Notes: a model not told the origin generated them from the letters alone. Shown: positions 11,217 to 24,911, numbered from the stretch's first letter. The stretch: 64,000 nt of DNA from Octopus vulgaris (GCA_951406725.2 OX597827.1:58218001-58282000); one strand, 5' to 3'. A program made the numbers and translations.

Positions 11217-11615
11217 GCACAGGAGTGGCTCTGTGGTAAGAATCTTGCTTCCCAACCACATGGTTCTGGGTTCTGTCACACTGTGTGGCACCTTCAGCAA
11301 GTGTCTTCTATTGTAATCTCAAGCAAAGCCTTGTGAGTGGATTTGGTAGACAGAAACTGAAAGAAGCCTGTCATATATATATGTGTGTGTGTGTGTATAC
11401 ATATGTGTGTCTTAGTTTATTCCACTCATCACCACTTGAAAACTGGTGTTGGTGTGTATACGTCTCTGTAACTTAGTGGTTCAGCAAATAAAGACTGATA
11501 GAATAAGTACCAGGCTTAAAAAATAAGTACTGGGGTCGATTCATTCGACTAAAAGTTCAAGCTGATGCCCGAGCATACCTGCAATCTAATGACTGAAACA
11601 GGTAAAAGATAAAAA
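11217..11615 (+). mobile_element. SINE-B (tRNA head, CORE-like ccttgggcaagt segment, internal microsatellite, second module)
   Basis: Family motifs ggctctgtggtaag...aaagccttgtgagtggatttggtaga...gactgaaacaggtaaaaga; truncates the mariner remnant. Confidence 0.85.
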
Positions 11616-13229
11616 AGAAAATAAATAGTTATTCTTATTTATAACTCAATTATAATTTTTACAAATTTCTCATTCATTGCATTTTTTTATCTAATCATTT
11701 CATCTCTTGCCCCCGCCCTCAAGTTTATAGCAATCTCCAAATAGGGATAAAACAGTTAATCCTGATATTTCTGTCTTCCAGTTTCTCAGTCATGGTATTT
11801 TTCTGATACCAATGTGCATGCTGCGTGTATATGTGTGTTTTGCTTATCATTAAGAAGAATAAAAACTATAATCTCGTATAAAATTTCCGTAGTAGTTTGT
11901 CAAAAAAATGACAACTAGGAGGAGACAAAAGTTTTTTTAGTTAATTATTTTTTTTAATGAAATGTTCGAAATGCCCACCCCCCACCACCACCACACTAAA
12001 AACTTCAATAAACGTAAGAACAAAGTAAATTCTCAGCTGTCAGCTCTGACCTAAAGTTCAACAATATCTTATTAAATAAGTCAATATCACCACCTGATGT
12101 TTATGATTGCTACATTATTAAATTCTTTATAACATAGGTATTTCTCGCACGCACACACTTGTATATAAATAAAGGTGGATGAATCTATATATATATATAT
12201 GTTTATGTTTATGATATATATATATATATATATATGTGCTGTTTTTTTATTGTGATGGTGATGGTGCATTTTGCCTACTTTATTCACATCATAAAACAGG
12301 GAATGGCCTTTTGTTAGCAGTTGCTGTCCTAAATTCACTTCTTTATTGGATGGAAGTCATGACGGGGTCTCCTGCATTCCATTGTCAACGCTGTCTTGCT
12401 GATATCACGAACAAATGATGTTTTATTTATTTGATTATTTTAGCTTTCTATTGATATAAAAAATAAAAATAAAAAACAAAATATATTCTAGGTGCTGTTA
12501 TTGGAAAGGAGATTGCTTGTATTGATTATCAAGTAAAGAATGTGTCTGTTACATGTGACAGTTATTTTATTTTATTTTTTTTTATTACTCTCTTGTTGGT
12601 GTGTGTACAGAAAGACAGACAGTTTTAGTTGTTGGACAGGTAGGAATTGACTTTAAGAGTGGGCAGCAGTATGTGAAAATTTTGTATACTTTTCCCTGAA
12701 CTTCTAAGTCTGGAAGGGAATTAGACAAGAAGATATAATTAGAGTGACTTCATCAACCCAACTGTGAGTCACTTTTTAGTCAAATACCCTGACTTTTACA
12801 CACACATGCGTACAAACACACACATATACACACGTACTTATTTATGTATGTTCCCCTCAACGACCACTTAAACAAGAAAAAAAAACATTCATTTTATATA
12901 TATTTACCTTTCCTCTGAAGGACTTTTAAGTGGTTATGACTAGTTGCTGTCTTCCTGAAAGTTTCTTAAATAGTTCTAAGAACAACTACTTGACATTTTA
13001 GTAATTTATGACAAGAAAATATTTAGTTGAATAAATAAATAAATAAAAGTTATAGATGTGTTTTTTTTTCAAAATGGCCAGGTCAGTGTAGCTGGGTGTG
13101 GAAAATCTTCAATTCGAAAATGGTAAAAAGAGAAGCAAGAGATGTTATATACTTGGCTAGACAATTTGACCTTAGACAAGAAATATTGCATTTTTCTGTC
13201 TGTTCAACGCTGATTTTTTTTATTCTTTC

Positions 13230-13680
13230 CTTGTTTCACTCATTGGACTGTGGCCATGCTGGGGCACTTCTTTGGAGGATTTTGTTGAATAAATCACCTC
13301 ATGAGTTACTTTTTTTAAAGCTTGGTACTTAATCTTTTGCTCTCTTTTTGCTGAACTGCTAAGTTATGGGGACATAAACAAACCAACACTTGTCAAATGG
13401 TGATTAGGGACAAACACAAAGACACATGCACATACATAAATATACAAAGGGCAAACACAAAGACACATGCACATACATAAATATACAAAGGGCAAACATA
13501 AAGACACATGCACATACATAAATATACAAAGGGCTTCTTTCAGTTTCCACCTAATAAATCCACTCGCAAGGCTTTGTTCAATCTGCAGTTATAGTAAAAG
13601 ACACCCAAGGTGCTGCATAGTGGGACTGAACCCATGTAGTCTAGAAGCAAACTTCTTTCCACACAGCTACATTTGTGCTT
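13230..13680 (-). mobile_element. SINE-B, degenerate, with internal 41-bp triplication
   Basis: Family motifs on the minus strand; tandem repeat at 13411-13533. Confidence 0.75.
13411..13533. repeat. 41-bp tandem repeat x3
   Basis: caaacacaaagacacatgcacatacataaatatacaaaggg at 13411, 13452 and 13493. Confidence 0.95.
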
Positions 13681-14474
13681 GATAGAAATTTAAAAAAAAG
13701 AAAATTTTAAATATGTAATTGCATCTATTATTGTATTAAAAGAAAAGTCACCAAATTTTAGAAATGACTATTTTTACTATTCATAAAAGTATGTAAATTG
13801 ACTGAAAACTTCCTTTTACAAACAATTACAGAAATTATGAAAATCATTTTAAAAACGAAAAGTTAAAATAATTTCTTTTGAATTTTAACTATTTATTTAT
13901 TTATTTTAAATTAATTTTTATCACTCACTTTAACCTGAATTTGTTGTTCTTGATCTCATAGTTTCTGTAGTTACACACATTCCTCTGTAGATAATTCAGT
14001 TCCTTTGTACTCTAACTTATCTAAGTGTTTAAAATCAATTATTGGGAAAGCTGCCAGTCTCTAATCCATTATCTCACTGTGGCTAGAGTTGTTGCTTTTT
14101 ATAGACTGATGAATGCCTATTAGCTGAGATTATATTATTTCAATTGCATTATGCTTGGTTATTTGTTGTTTTATACACAAAAGATAGGGAGAAGCAATTA
14201 GCAGTGTTTTTGTTTTAAGTTATAAATACTACTTAGATTCAGATTTAACTTCATAATTTCCTATTTATTTACCCACTTCTTGTTGTATATCTTTAGAACC
14301 ATTCTCTCTGAGAGGAAGCTGACGATGATAAAATCAATGGTTTGAACTGTATGAATTTGAGCTGTCTTTCATTTTGCAGTTTAGGCTTCATGTCTGCTAA
14401 GTTTTTCAGCCTTTTGTCTCCTCTTCTATTTGATTATATTTGTTTTAGCATTAAGATTAATGTTCAATGACAAA

Positions 14475-14800
14475 TGTGTGGGTGTGTGGTTGGATATATA
14501 TATATGTATGTATGTATGTGTGTGTATATATATGTATGTATGTATGTGTGTGTGTATATATATATATGTATGTATGTGTGTGTATATATATATATGTATG
14601 TATGTGTGTGTGTATATATATATATGTATGTATGTATGTGTGTGTATATATATGTATGTATGTATGTGTGTGTGTATATATGTATGTATGTGTGTGTGTA
14701 TATATATATATGTATGTGTGTGTATATATATATATGTATGTGTGTGTGTATATATATATGTATGTGTGTGTGTATATATATGTATGTATGTGTGTGTGTG

Positions 14801-14842
<42 letters not shown>

Positions 14843-14919
14843 TGTATGTGTATATATATATATGTGTATATATGTGTGTGTGTGTACACATTCATCTGTA
14901 TCAATCTCTCTCTCTCTCT

Positions 14920-14955
<36 letters not shown>

Positions 14956-15023
14956 GCACATGCACACATTACATGCTTATATGCATATATATTTTTTGAG
15001 TGTATATAAATATATACATATAT
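14475..15023. repeat. Complex (TA)n/(TG)n/(TATG)n microsatellite
   Basis: Direct reading; source of the six overlapping Y/I/V/C/H/T-rich pseudo-ORFs. Confidence 0.95.
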
Positions 15024-15604
15024 AAACAAAAGCATGTTAACTTAAAGTGAACCTGTTTCGGATATACATCAATAAGTCAACTCTTTCTGCAATTCTGGTC
15101 TGTCCAGAGCGTGTCATATGCTGATCAGTTGATATGAATTCATCACGTGATTTTTTCATTTAGACATTTGTTAAGTTGAAATGGTGGTTTCGTTCTTAGA
15201 TGGATGGCAAATCCTTTTCATTTATTTGTGAATTATTATGTTTTTGGGTGGCTGGAAGGATATAATTAATTGAATTGCTACGAGTATATTACTTAGTAGT
15301 CAATATTTTATAGATCTGAAAGGAATGCAAACGCAAAGGTCCTCCCCTGGCAGGATTTCAATTCAGCAACTTTAGGCGCCAAACTATATACAGGAAAGCC
15401 TCTAATCCCACTTTCTAATTTTTGTATGGACCCTACTACTCTTTTACTCATGAAAGATTATTTTGTATCATTAATTTACACATGCTAGCATAGTAACAGA
15501 AGTGTTTGTCTTCCTGTTCTAACTAGGATTTAATTAAGTACTGACTTGCAGATTGACATAGACTTAGAATATTGGGTGATATTATTTATATATCTATCAT
15601 GATT

Positions 15605-16210
15605 TGTGGCTGTGTGGTAAGAAGTTTTCTTCCCAACTACATAGTTTCGGGTTCAGTACTGTGAGTATCTTCTATTACTACAGCCTTAGGCTGACCAAAT
15701 CCTTCTGAGTGGAATTATGTGACAGAAACTGAAAGAAGTCGTATGTACACATGATCACATGGCTGATTTGACTATCAGATGTTGTTACACATTGCTGGTC
15801 ATGGTGCGCTTTGCATCATTTTAGCTTTTGAATGATGCCCCCATTCTGATTAGGCCAACATTACCCCTTGATCGAGAGGGAGACTGGAGCAATATGAAGC
15901 GTTTTGCTCAAGAACACAATGCACCACCTGATTTGGAAATCAGACTCACGATCTTGTGACCTTAAGCGCAGTAGCTTAACCACTAGGCCACATGCCTTCA
16001 TTGTCACATATATGTGTGTATGTGTGTGTGTCTTTATGTTTGTCCCCCAACACTTGCTTTTAGATTGCTTTAACTTATAGGTTTTTCACGAGAGACTAAC
16101 AGATTAAGTACCAGGCTTTAAAGAAAAATAACTGCGTTTGATTCATTTAGTCTAAAACCCTTCAAAGAGGTGCTCCAGCATGGCCACAGTCCAATGACTG
16201 AAACAAGTGA
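15605..16210 (+). mobile_element. SINE-B with a nested antisense SINE-C-like copy (~15765-16000)
   Basis: The two SINE-B halves flank a segment homologous to 8575-8700. Confidence 0.75.
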
Positions 16211-17167
16211 GGAAAAAAAAAAAAAGATCCATTATTAGATTGATCTATATTCCTATTTAGCTGCATTAGTTGAGATTTTGAGGATATAAACATAAATCAG
16301 ACATAATTGATTTTGTAATTTATTACTTTTGAATCTTAGTAATCAACAGCCATTTCATTTTTTTTTTTTTGTTTCCATACAGTTTTCGTCTTCTAAACAG
16401 AAGTACATAATAGTACATAATATTGGATAATATATATATATATATATGTATTTGTATGTGTGTGCTTTTGTGTCTGCGTTTGTCCCTACCCAGTGCTTGA
16501 CAACCGATGTTGGTGTGTGTACATCCCCATAGCTTAGTAGTTCAGCACCAGAGACCAATAGAATAAGTAACAGGCTTTAAAAAAATTTTTGTTTAACTAA
16601 AATACCCTTCAAGGCAAGTGCCCCAGCATGGCTGCAATCAAATAACTGAAACAAGTAAAAGAATGAAATGAAGTATATGGGTAGGTAGCAAAAGTACAAA
16701 GTAGGTGTGGGTGGTGGTGGGGGTGAAGGTATGACAATGGGGAGGACATTGTAAGAAGGGACCAGAAGAAAGAGTGTCCACGAGACCCTTTCCTTTATTC
16801 TAGGGACTTAGGGTAGCTTGGAGATAAAGAAAATATTGTTAATGTTTAATTTGTATTGTTAGAGATTTAATAGCTGAAGGGAACATCGTGAGGAATATCA
16901 AATTATGCAGCTTAATGATCGGGTAAGTGCTTAATACTAGGTGGAGAGAAATAAGATAGGAGGATAAGAGTGATGAGAGGAGTACATGCAAGTGGATTAA
17001 ATGGGATTACGCAAGCGTAACATTTATTCGATTCAAAAGAGCAGAAGCCATTCATTGTACTGGTAGAATAAGAAACAAAGTGGCTGCAGTTTAGTGGTGA
17101 ACTTGTAGTAAGAGTGATTTGTAACTGTCTGCAAATACTGTAACCAGCTTCTTCATGGTTGTATATA

Positions 17168-17402
17168 TTACTCTTTACTCTTTTACTTGTTTCAGTCAGT
17201 TGACTGCGGCCATGCTGGAGCACCGCCTTTAGTCAAGCAACTCGACCCCGGGACTTATTCTTTGTAAGCCCAGTACTTATTCTATCGGTCTTTTTTGCTG
17301 AACCGCTAGGTGACGGGGACATAAACACACCAGCATCAGTTGTCAAGCAATGCAAGGGGGACAAACACAGACACACAAACATACACGCACACACACACAC
17401 AT

Positions 17403-17457
<55 letters not shown>

Positions 17458-17626
17458 TATATATGACAGGCTTCTTTCAGTTTCCGCCTACCAAATCCAC
17501 TCACAAGGCTTTGGTCGGCCCGAGGCTATAGTAGAAGACACTTGCCCAAGGTACCACGCAGTGGGACTGAACCCGGAACCATGTGGTTGGTAAGCAAGCT
17601 ACTTACCACACAGCCACTCCTGTGCC
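17168..17626 (-). mobile_element. SINE-B, full length and young (CpGs retained)
   Basis: Complete head (aggagtggctgtgtggtaagtagcttgc, ggttcagtccc), internal (TA/TG)n, (gtaaaaga)n tail. Confidence 0.9.
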
Positions 17627-17923
17627 TTGGTATTGTGGATACCTACTGCATCATGAATGTGGGAAACACCAAGAACGCAAGAGTTTTATAATGTTAAGCT
17701 AGAAATTTATGCCTGTTAATGTCTACTGGGTGTTGTGTTTTGTTCTTGAGGAATGAGGAAGGCATTTCATTTCATGTTGCTCATTGCTCAGTCTACTCTG
17801 TTGAAAGTGAGTGTTGGTGCTGACTGACTCCTTCTGCCATCCAGCTGTCACATCTTCAATGTTCTGCTGGGTCTAGGGTGGTAGGACGAGAGGATGTATA
17901 TGATTGCTTGCAATTACATAGGT

Positions 17924-18160
17924 TCCTATTTCTTTACTACCCACAAGGAGCTAAACACAGAGAGGACAAACAAGGACAGACAAATGGATTAAGTCGATTA
18001 TATCGACCCCAGTGCGTAACTGGTACTTATTTAATCGACCCCCAAAAGGATGAAAGGCAAAGTCGACCTTGGTGGAATTTGAACTCAGAACGCAGCGGCA
18101 GACGAAATACCGCTAAGCATTTCACCTGGCGTGCTAACGTTTATGCCAGCTCGCCGCCTT
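17924..18160 (-). mobile_element. SINE-A, full length, with 13-bp TSD
   Basis: TSD caattacataggt at 17911-17923 and 18162-18174. Confidence 0.92.
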
Positions 18161-20384
18161 ACAATTACATAGGTACCTTAAACAGGTAGTGAAAGCATGG
18201 CACATGCTACAAGTCACACTTTTTAGTGGTAGCTGTGGATTTAAAAAAAAAAATTATGACGGATACAATTTTATCATTTTAGCTATTTATAAAGATCAAG
18301 TTTGAGACCGAAAAGGCCATTGAGTTCACCAATGATCCTCTTTTGAAAATTTGCTTCATGTCCTGGCAGTTAATTCCAAATTTGACCATATTGCTACATG
18401 AATGAAGATTTGATAGATATGTGCTTCCTACAAAGACTAGTTATAGAGTTTTAGTTAATAAATAATGTCGGGGAGTACTAAGATAATTGATCAATAAGAA
18501 GAAGGGGAGACTTTTATGGAAAATAAAATCTCAAGCTCCAACAGTTGTTTTTGATGTTAGTGTCTCTGAATATTTAGAAAGGAAAAAAAAAATAAACGAG
18601 CAGTATTTGTAATTTGATCTTGTTTCATCAGATTCACTGTCATTACCATCATTGTTTTAATGTCCACTTTTCCATGCTTGCATGGGTTGGAAAGTATTTG
18701 CTGAGGCAGACTTTTCTATAGCTGGATGCTCTTCCTGCCACCAACCAACCTTCACCTGTCTCTGATTAGACATATTTTTGCAAAATATTGGAAATGAAGG
18801 CAGTTGTTTGACAGTGCACTCATTTACAACTATTATGTGATGTAAGGCAAGGTGACAGTAACACATACATGCGTGCGCATATCATCATTTGTTTACATGC
18901 TGGCATGGGTTGGATGATTTGATGGGAGCTGGTAAGGCCAGGGGCCACGCCAATCTCCATTGTCTGTTCTGGCACAGTTTCTATGGCTAGATGCTCTTCC
19001 TAACACCAACCACCTCACAGGGTATATAGGCTGCTTTTCATGTGGAACCTCACCAGAGCCTTTTAAGTAGCACCAATACCAGTATCAATTCTGCTGTGGC
19101 AGACAGATATCTTGAAGCTACGAGATAAAGCATGATTAATTCAAAATGATGTCAATAAATAAGCATTACATTTGACAGAGTAATCTGAATGCTAAAGGGT
19201 TAAAGGGTTTAGCGGAAACAAATTGACTCTAACTCATATTTTAACTGTGGCGCTTTTTCTATTAGTTCCTTTTTGCTGAACTGCTATGATATGGGATGTA
19301 AATTAACCAACAGCATTTTTCATCTGATAGGTGTGTAAACAGATGCATGCACACACACACACACGCGCGCGCGCGCACAAATACATAAATGAACATGGTA
19401 GGCTTCCTCATAGTTTCCATCTACCATATTCAATCACAAGGCATTGGTTGGCCTGGCACTATAATAGATTTTTCCAAGATGCTGTACAGTAAGACTGTAA
19501 AACAAATTTCTTAACCACACAGCCAAAATTTATCAAAATATTTATTAAATTAATATATGTCCAAAATTTATCTTTGTATCTAACTTCCTTTTTCCATTGT
19601 AGTATTTTTCAGTCAGGGAAATTGTTTTGTTTATTTTTAATTAAAATAGCTATAACTTATATTTCTTAATTCATCTTCAATCATTGTTATAATTCTATAA
19701 GCTAAGGCTTTTTAACGCACACATGTAAATCTCGTCAACATTTTCTTCCCTAACACAGTTTTTGCCTTCTCCCGCTAAAATATGTTGAGATTGTATATGA
19801 CATATAGTTTATTTTCAATGTTTTTTCCTTCACAACATTGTCTTTTTTTATTATTATTATTTTTATTATTTCTTATTTTATTTATTTATATTTTTTGTCT
19901 TATCTGCGTAATTCTTAACTTAGTTTGTCCTGGTTTAGCAATATATACATTTGTTTTGTCTATTAACTATTTAAAGTGCTATGTTTGTGAAGACTTAAGG
20001 TCATTTTTCTTCCTTTTTCTATGTATGCAATCACACAATGCTGCTAAGTCTGAAAAGAAAATATAACTTCCTGAAAGTCAGATACCGCCAGATGTAGCAA
20101 GGATTCACAAAACAAATGCAATGTGGGTCGCTTGCTAGAATAAGGAATTGTGTGTATGAAAGGGGTGTGTGTGTGTGTGTGTAAATAACACTAAGGGCCC
20201 TGAAAAAGAGCAAAGAGTAGTCCTTCAAAGAACTCTTCCTTATCAATTTTTGAGATTCCCATTTCCTGTCATGCTTCATTTTGACATTTTCATTATGAAA
20301 AACATCAAGGCCAGTCTCTTGGTTCCAACATTTATTTAGATTAAACTATTTCTCTCTCTCTCTTCTTTTTTACTTTTCAGTTTT

Positions 20385-20790
20385 TGCTTGTTTAAGTCAT
20401 TGGACCATGACCATGCTGGAGCACTGCCTTGATGCATTTAGTAGAATAAATTGACCCCAGTATTTATTTTTAAGCTTGGTTTTTATTCTGTCAATCTCTT
20501 TTACTAAACCACTAAGTTATGGGCACAGATGTAAGCAAATCAACATTGGATGTCAAGTGGTGATAAGGGATAAGCACAAGTGCAAACACACATGTGCATG
20601 TGCACTCACTCACAGATGTATGTATGCATCTTTGTAAATGACGGGCTTCTTTCAATGTTTGTCTACCAAACCCATTCGCAAAGGTTTGGTTAACCCAAGG
20701 GCTATAGCAGAAGACACTTGTCAAAGGTGCTGTGCCAAGGCTCCATGCTTGGGAAGTAGTTTTCTTAAGTGCACAGCCACACCTGCAACT
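20385..20790 (-). mobile_element. SINE-B, degenerate
   Basis: Family motifs on the minus strand. Confidence 0.7.
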
Positions 20791-21347
20791 TTATGAGAAA
20801 TGTTCAACAGGAGACTGGGAATAATTTTGCAGGTTAACTCATAACAGAAAGTATTGTTTTATCTCAAATATCTTCTGAAAATTCATGGATCCTTATGTAA
20901 TCAGGAAAATCAGCTTTGAAAAGAAATAGGCTTATAAATGTGTAGGAGTACTTAAATATTTACTGGTGTAGTTCAGTTTTGTTAAGCAGCACCTTGGGTA
21001 TTCTACTAAAGTCCTCGGCTTAGCAAAGGCTTGTGAATGGACTTCATAGGCAGAAAGTGGAAGAAGCCTGTCGCACACGAACATGTGCGTGAGTTGCTTT
21101 CTGCTTTCCTAGATGTCACATGATAGTGATAAACGAGTATCAACTGGCAAGTGGTGTCCATCATTTCGAATCTTCTGTGAAAACATGTCTGGTCACAGAG
21201 AACAAAATTAGCAACAAGAAGGGAATCCAGCTCTAGAATATCTGCCTCATCAAATTCTGTCCGACCCATTTGGACATGGAAAAGCAGACATTAAAACAAT
21301 GTTGATGATGTGTGTGTGTTTATATGTATAGTATATATATATATATA

Positions 21348-21502
21348 TCATCATCATCATCATCATCATCATCATTTAGCGTCCGTTCTCCATGCTAGCA
21401 TGGGTTGGACGGTTCAACTGGGGTCTGTGAAGCTGGAAGGCTTCATCAGGCCCAGTCAGATCTGGCAGTGTTTCTACGGCTGGATGCCCTTCCTAACGCC
21501 AA
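21348..21502. mobile_element. Repeat family D fragment
   Basis: (cat)n followed by ttagcgtccgttctccatgctagcatgggttggacgg...gcccttcctaacgccaa. Confidence 0.8.
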
Positions 21503-21997
21503 ATATATATATATATATGTTTATGTTTGTGCCCACCACCACCACTACTTGACAACTGGTGTTGGTTTGTTTACACCCCAGAACTTCTCTGTACTCACAA
21601 GAATAATATAGTTCTGCAAGTTTAGGCATATACTTGGAAGAGCTGGTGTTTTTAAGATTAGCTATCCTTTCAGACCACAGAGTAGAAAAGAGTACCTGTT
21701 GTCCAACTTAGTTAATGAAGTAATAACTTAATGATATATTTATAGCATTTTGATCCGATGGTGGCGAACCATAATCATTTAGCTACTATGGTACAGTTAA
21801 ATTATATCCTGACACCAAATTAGACCATTTTGTCTAGACTCTTCTATAAACATACTACACTAATTGCTCAAACATGAACCCATGAACTTTGAACCAGTAG
21901 TCTAGTTCTGTAGTGTTGTCAGTCATAGTAATTGTTGACAGTCATTGATTTCAATTATTCATCAAAAACAAAGCCCTGAATTAAATGTCTAACAACG

Positions 21998-22427
21998 AGC
22001 ACAAACATGGGTGTGTGGTAAGAAGTTTGCTTCTCAACCACACAGTTCCAGGTTCAATCTCACTGCATAGTACCTTGGGCAAGTGTTTTCTACTATAACC
22101 TCAGTCAATCAAAGCCTTGTGAGTGAATTAAGTAGATAAAAACAGGAAGAAGCCGTCATGTGGCGTGTGCATATGTGCAATATGTGTGTGTTTGCGTGCA
22201 TGTGTTTATACATATATATGTTTATATTTGTGTTTGTCCCCACCAATACTTGACAACTGATGTAGGTTTGTTTACATTCCCAGAACTTAGCAGTTTAACA
22301 AAAAGTGACAGATAGAATAAGTACCAGACTTTAAGAAATTGAATACTGAGGTGTAATTTGTTTGATCAGACTTTTCAAGGCAATGCTCCAGCATGGCAGC
22401 TGTCCAATGACTGAAACAAATAAAGAT
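21998..22427 (+). mobile_element. SINE-B, degenerate
   Basis: Head, taccttgggcaagt, aaagccttgtgagtga, tail gactgaaacaaataaaga. Confidence 0.75.
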
Positions 22428-22684
22428 AACGATATCATAAATATTACGAGCAAAGGCATTTCAAATCATCACCTAAGTTAGTTGTATGATGTAAACTCAC
22501 TGCATTGCTGGTGAATTTTAAAATGTTATGTCTCTTCTGATAGATTTACTTGCATGTTTTCTAGAGATGAACTAATTAGTTATCACAAGAAAATCATTAA
22601 ATATTTTGTCTTATATGTCCTTTCTTTATTAATTTTGTATATTTGTAGTCGTGTGTGTGTGTGCATACGCAGAGCAACTTGACT

Positions 22685-22893
22685 GTAGGACAAGAGGATG
22701 TATATGATTGCTTGCAATTACATAGGTTCCTATTTCTTTACTACCCACAAGGGGCTAAACACAGAGAGGACAAACAAGAACAGACAAATGGATTAAGTCG
22801 ATTATATCGACCCCAGTGCGTAACTGGTACTTATTTAATCGACCCCAAAAGGATGAAAGGCAAAGTCGACCTTGGCGGAATTTGAACTCAGAA
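22685..22893 (-). mobile_element. 5'-truncated SINE-A copy carrying the unique flank of the 17924-18160 element
   Basis: Matches 17881-18090 with about 5 differences; gtaggaca repeated at 22685-22692 and 22897-22904. Confidence 0.88.
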
Positions 22894-23430
22894 TTAGTAG
22901 GACACTTTAAATTAGTTTGGAATCAAAAGACAAACTTCATAAGAGGAATTTCAAAATTTGAAACATTAAATTAAGAAAAATTCATTTGTTATGTTATATA
23001 AAAGGTGGCAAACTAGCAGAATCATTTAACACTTCAAATAAAATGCTTAGCAACATTTCTTCCAGCTCTTTATATTTTGAGTTCAGATCCTGCCAAGGTC
23101 AACCTTGTCTTTCATCTCATTGGTGGGGTGAAGGAGGGGAAGGTCAATAGAATATAGTGCCAGTCAAGTACTGTGGTTGGTGTAATTAACCAACTTTCTC
23201 CCATCAAAATTCCTCGCCTTCAACTCTGCAACAGACTTGTATCCTGTTGATAGGAAATATTTTGATCTCGATCACCTCTATGCCATGGAAACCGGGTAAC
23301 CAGTCTTTTGTGTCCTAGGTCTCAAGAATGTGCGTGCATATACATACATATGTGTGTGTGTGTGTGTGTATGTAAATATTGAACAATGAGAATTAGTGCT
23401 CAACACTGCATGGGTGGATAAAGATTCTTT

Positions 23431-23693
23431 ATTTGTGTATTAAGGCTACTATTGGTTTCATGTTAGGGAAACCCTCAACGGTGCCCCAGCATGGCCACAG
23501 CTCATGAGCTGAAACTAGAATCAATCAATCAATCAATTAGCAAACCTTTCACATGGAACATTGGTGTTTGTCTCCATTTTGACTTTCTGTGTTTTAATCC
23601 CAAATTGAGATGGACAAATGTTCCAGGAGACAGGCTTGATAATTGTTAAAGGCTTCCTGAACTTGAAACCAATGGTAGCCTTAATACACAAAT
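23431..23693. mobile_element. Penelope-like inverted terminal pair with degenerate hammerhead halves
   Basis: 30-bp inverted repeat, 29/30 identical (23431-23460 vs 23664-23693), containing GAAACCAATGGTAGCCT. Confidence 0.55.
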
Positions 23694-24682
23694 ATATATA
23701 TATGTATGTGTGTGTGTATACACATACATCTGTAACTTTGATTTGATATGTTATATAAAATGGAATTATGACTTTCTCTTCACATTGAGATTTAGTGCAT
23801 TTGTTTAAAGACTAATGCTTGTGTATGTTTGTATGAGACAGGTGTGTAAAGATTTTTTTTCTTAATACTTATGAAAAGAAAAAGATGCTATTTGTAGTTT
23901 GACAAGTCACTGTTTTTAGAAATGGATATTTCTTTCAATATACCTTGATGAAAATCTATAGACATCTAAACAAAGGCCTGGCCAACACTATTTAATTTGT
24001 ATTTACTTTTAATGATGAGTAAACGAGGTAGGCTGAATGGTAAATATGTATTTTAGAATTTCTTTAAAACAGTGTTTTACAGGTAGACTGGACTCCCATT
24101 TGCTTTATATTTCTCCACAATATTGTTGTACAAAGTCTGAGATACATATCTATTACAATGCTGTAAGTATTATGTACTCAAGGTACATAATAAATATTAA
24201 CCCACCCTTTGCAAATTTAGAATTAATTAATTACATTACAAAAATGAACAAACTTACCATCATCAGGTACACAAACTATTTTTAGTCTTTCTTTTTCATG
24301 GCTTAGTCAGATGAGGTGGGACATATTTGTGACTTTCTTCTGGACTAGTCTATAAAGTTTTACTAATGAAATGTCAAATCTGTTATATATATATGGAAAA
24401 TAGGGATGAAAACAACTAATCTTTCACTGCCTCTACTGTTAAATACCCAATATATAAAAGATTACACTGAGGAGTTTCTTGCACACAAACAATAGCTTTT
24501 CATAATTTTGTTATGGGTTAGAATCAAAACAATCGTATGTAATTTATATTTAATATTTGTTATTTATCATATGTTATATTATTATAAGAATATGATATAT
24601 TAAAGTATTGTACTGATAAATTTTTGAATTGGCAATTGTTATATATCTCCATTTTCTATTCATACACACACACATATATATA

Positions 24683-24911
24683 CAGGGTTAACTAAAGTCT
24701 TCCGACAGTATTTATGGAATTTTGGTTTACTATCTGTAATTCTGTATTGACTTGGATGGAAAAATGTGTCGCTCAAGAACTTCAGTTTGAACAATTTTCA
24801 TGATGTTTCATATTTAGATGCTTTTATTATATTCATACAGTTATTAAACATAAATAAATCTTGGAATTAAATGGTTTTGATTTATTGTCAGGTGACTTTT
24901 GGCCAACCCTG
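24683..24911. mobile_element. Tc1/mariner-type MITE
   Basis: TIRs cagggttaactaaagtc / gacttttggccaaccctg, flanked by TA on both sides. Confidence 0.75.

Noticed and set aside
12492-12639. GAVIGK (KH-like) frame and a possible 29-nt exon 12611-12639 with donor cag|gtagga
   Set aside because: The GxxG loop is incomplete and the first acceptor lacks a pyrimidine tract; the micro-exon cannot be supported without RNA data.
14106-14135. ctgatgaatgcctattagctgaga as a hammerhead
   Set aside because: The core heptamer is present but GAAA and stems I/III are not recoverable; too degenerate to call.
14426-15025. Six overlapping 144-189 aa ORFs, and similar ones at 51675-52584 and 52740-53498
   Set aside because: They are translations of TA/TG microsatellites that lack stop codons by composition.
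16670-17160. Purine-rich stretch that might be a decayed LINE, continuing at 17627-17880
   Set aside because: No diagnostic endonuclease or RT motif could be read.
17878-18189. Duplicated ORF (also 22655-22885) suggesting paralogous small genes
   Set aside because: Both are antisense readings of a SINE-A and its copied flank.
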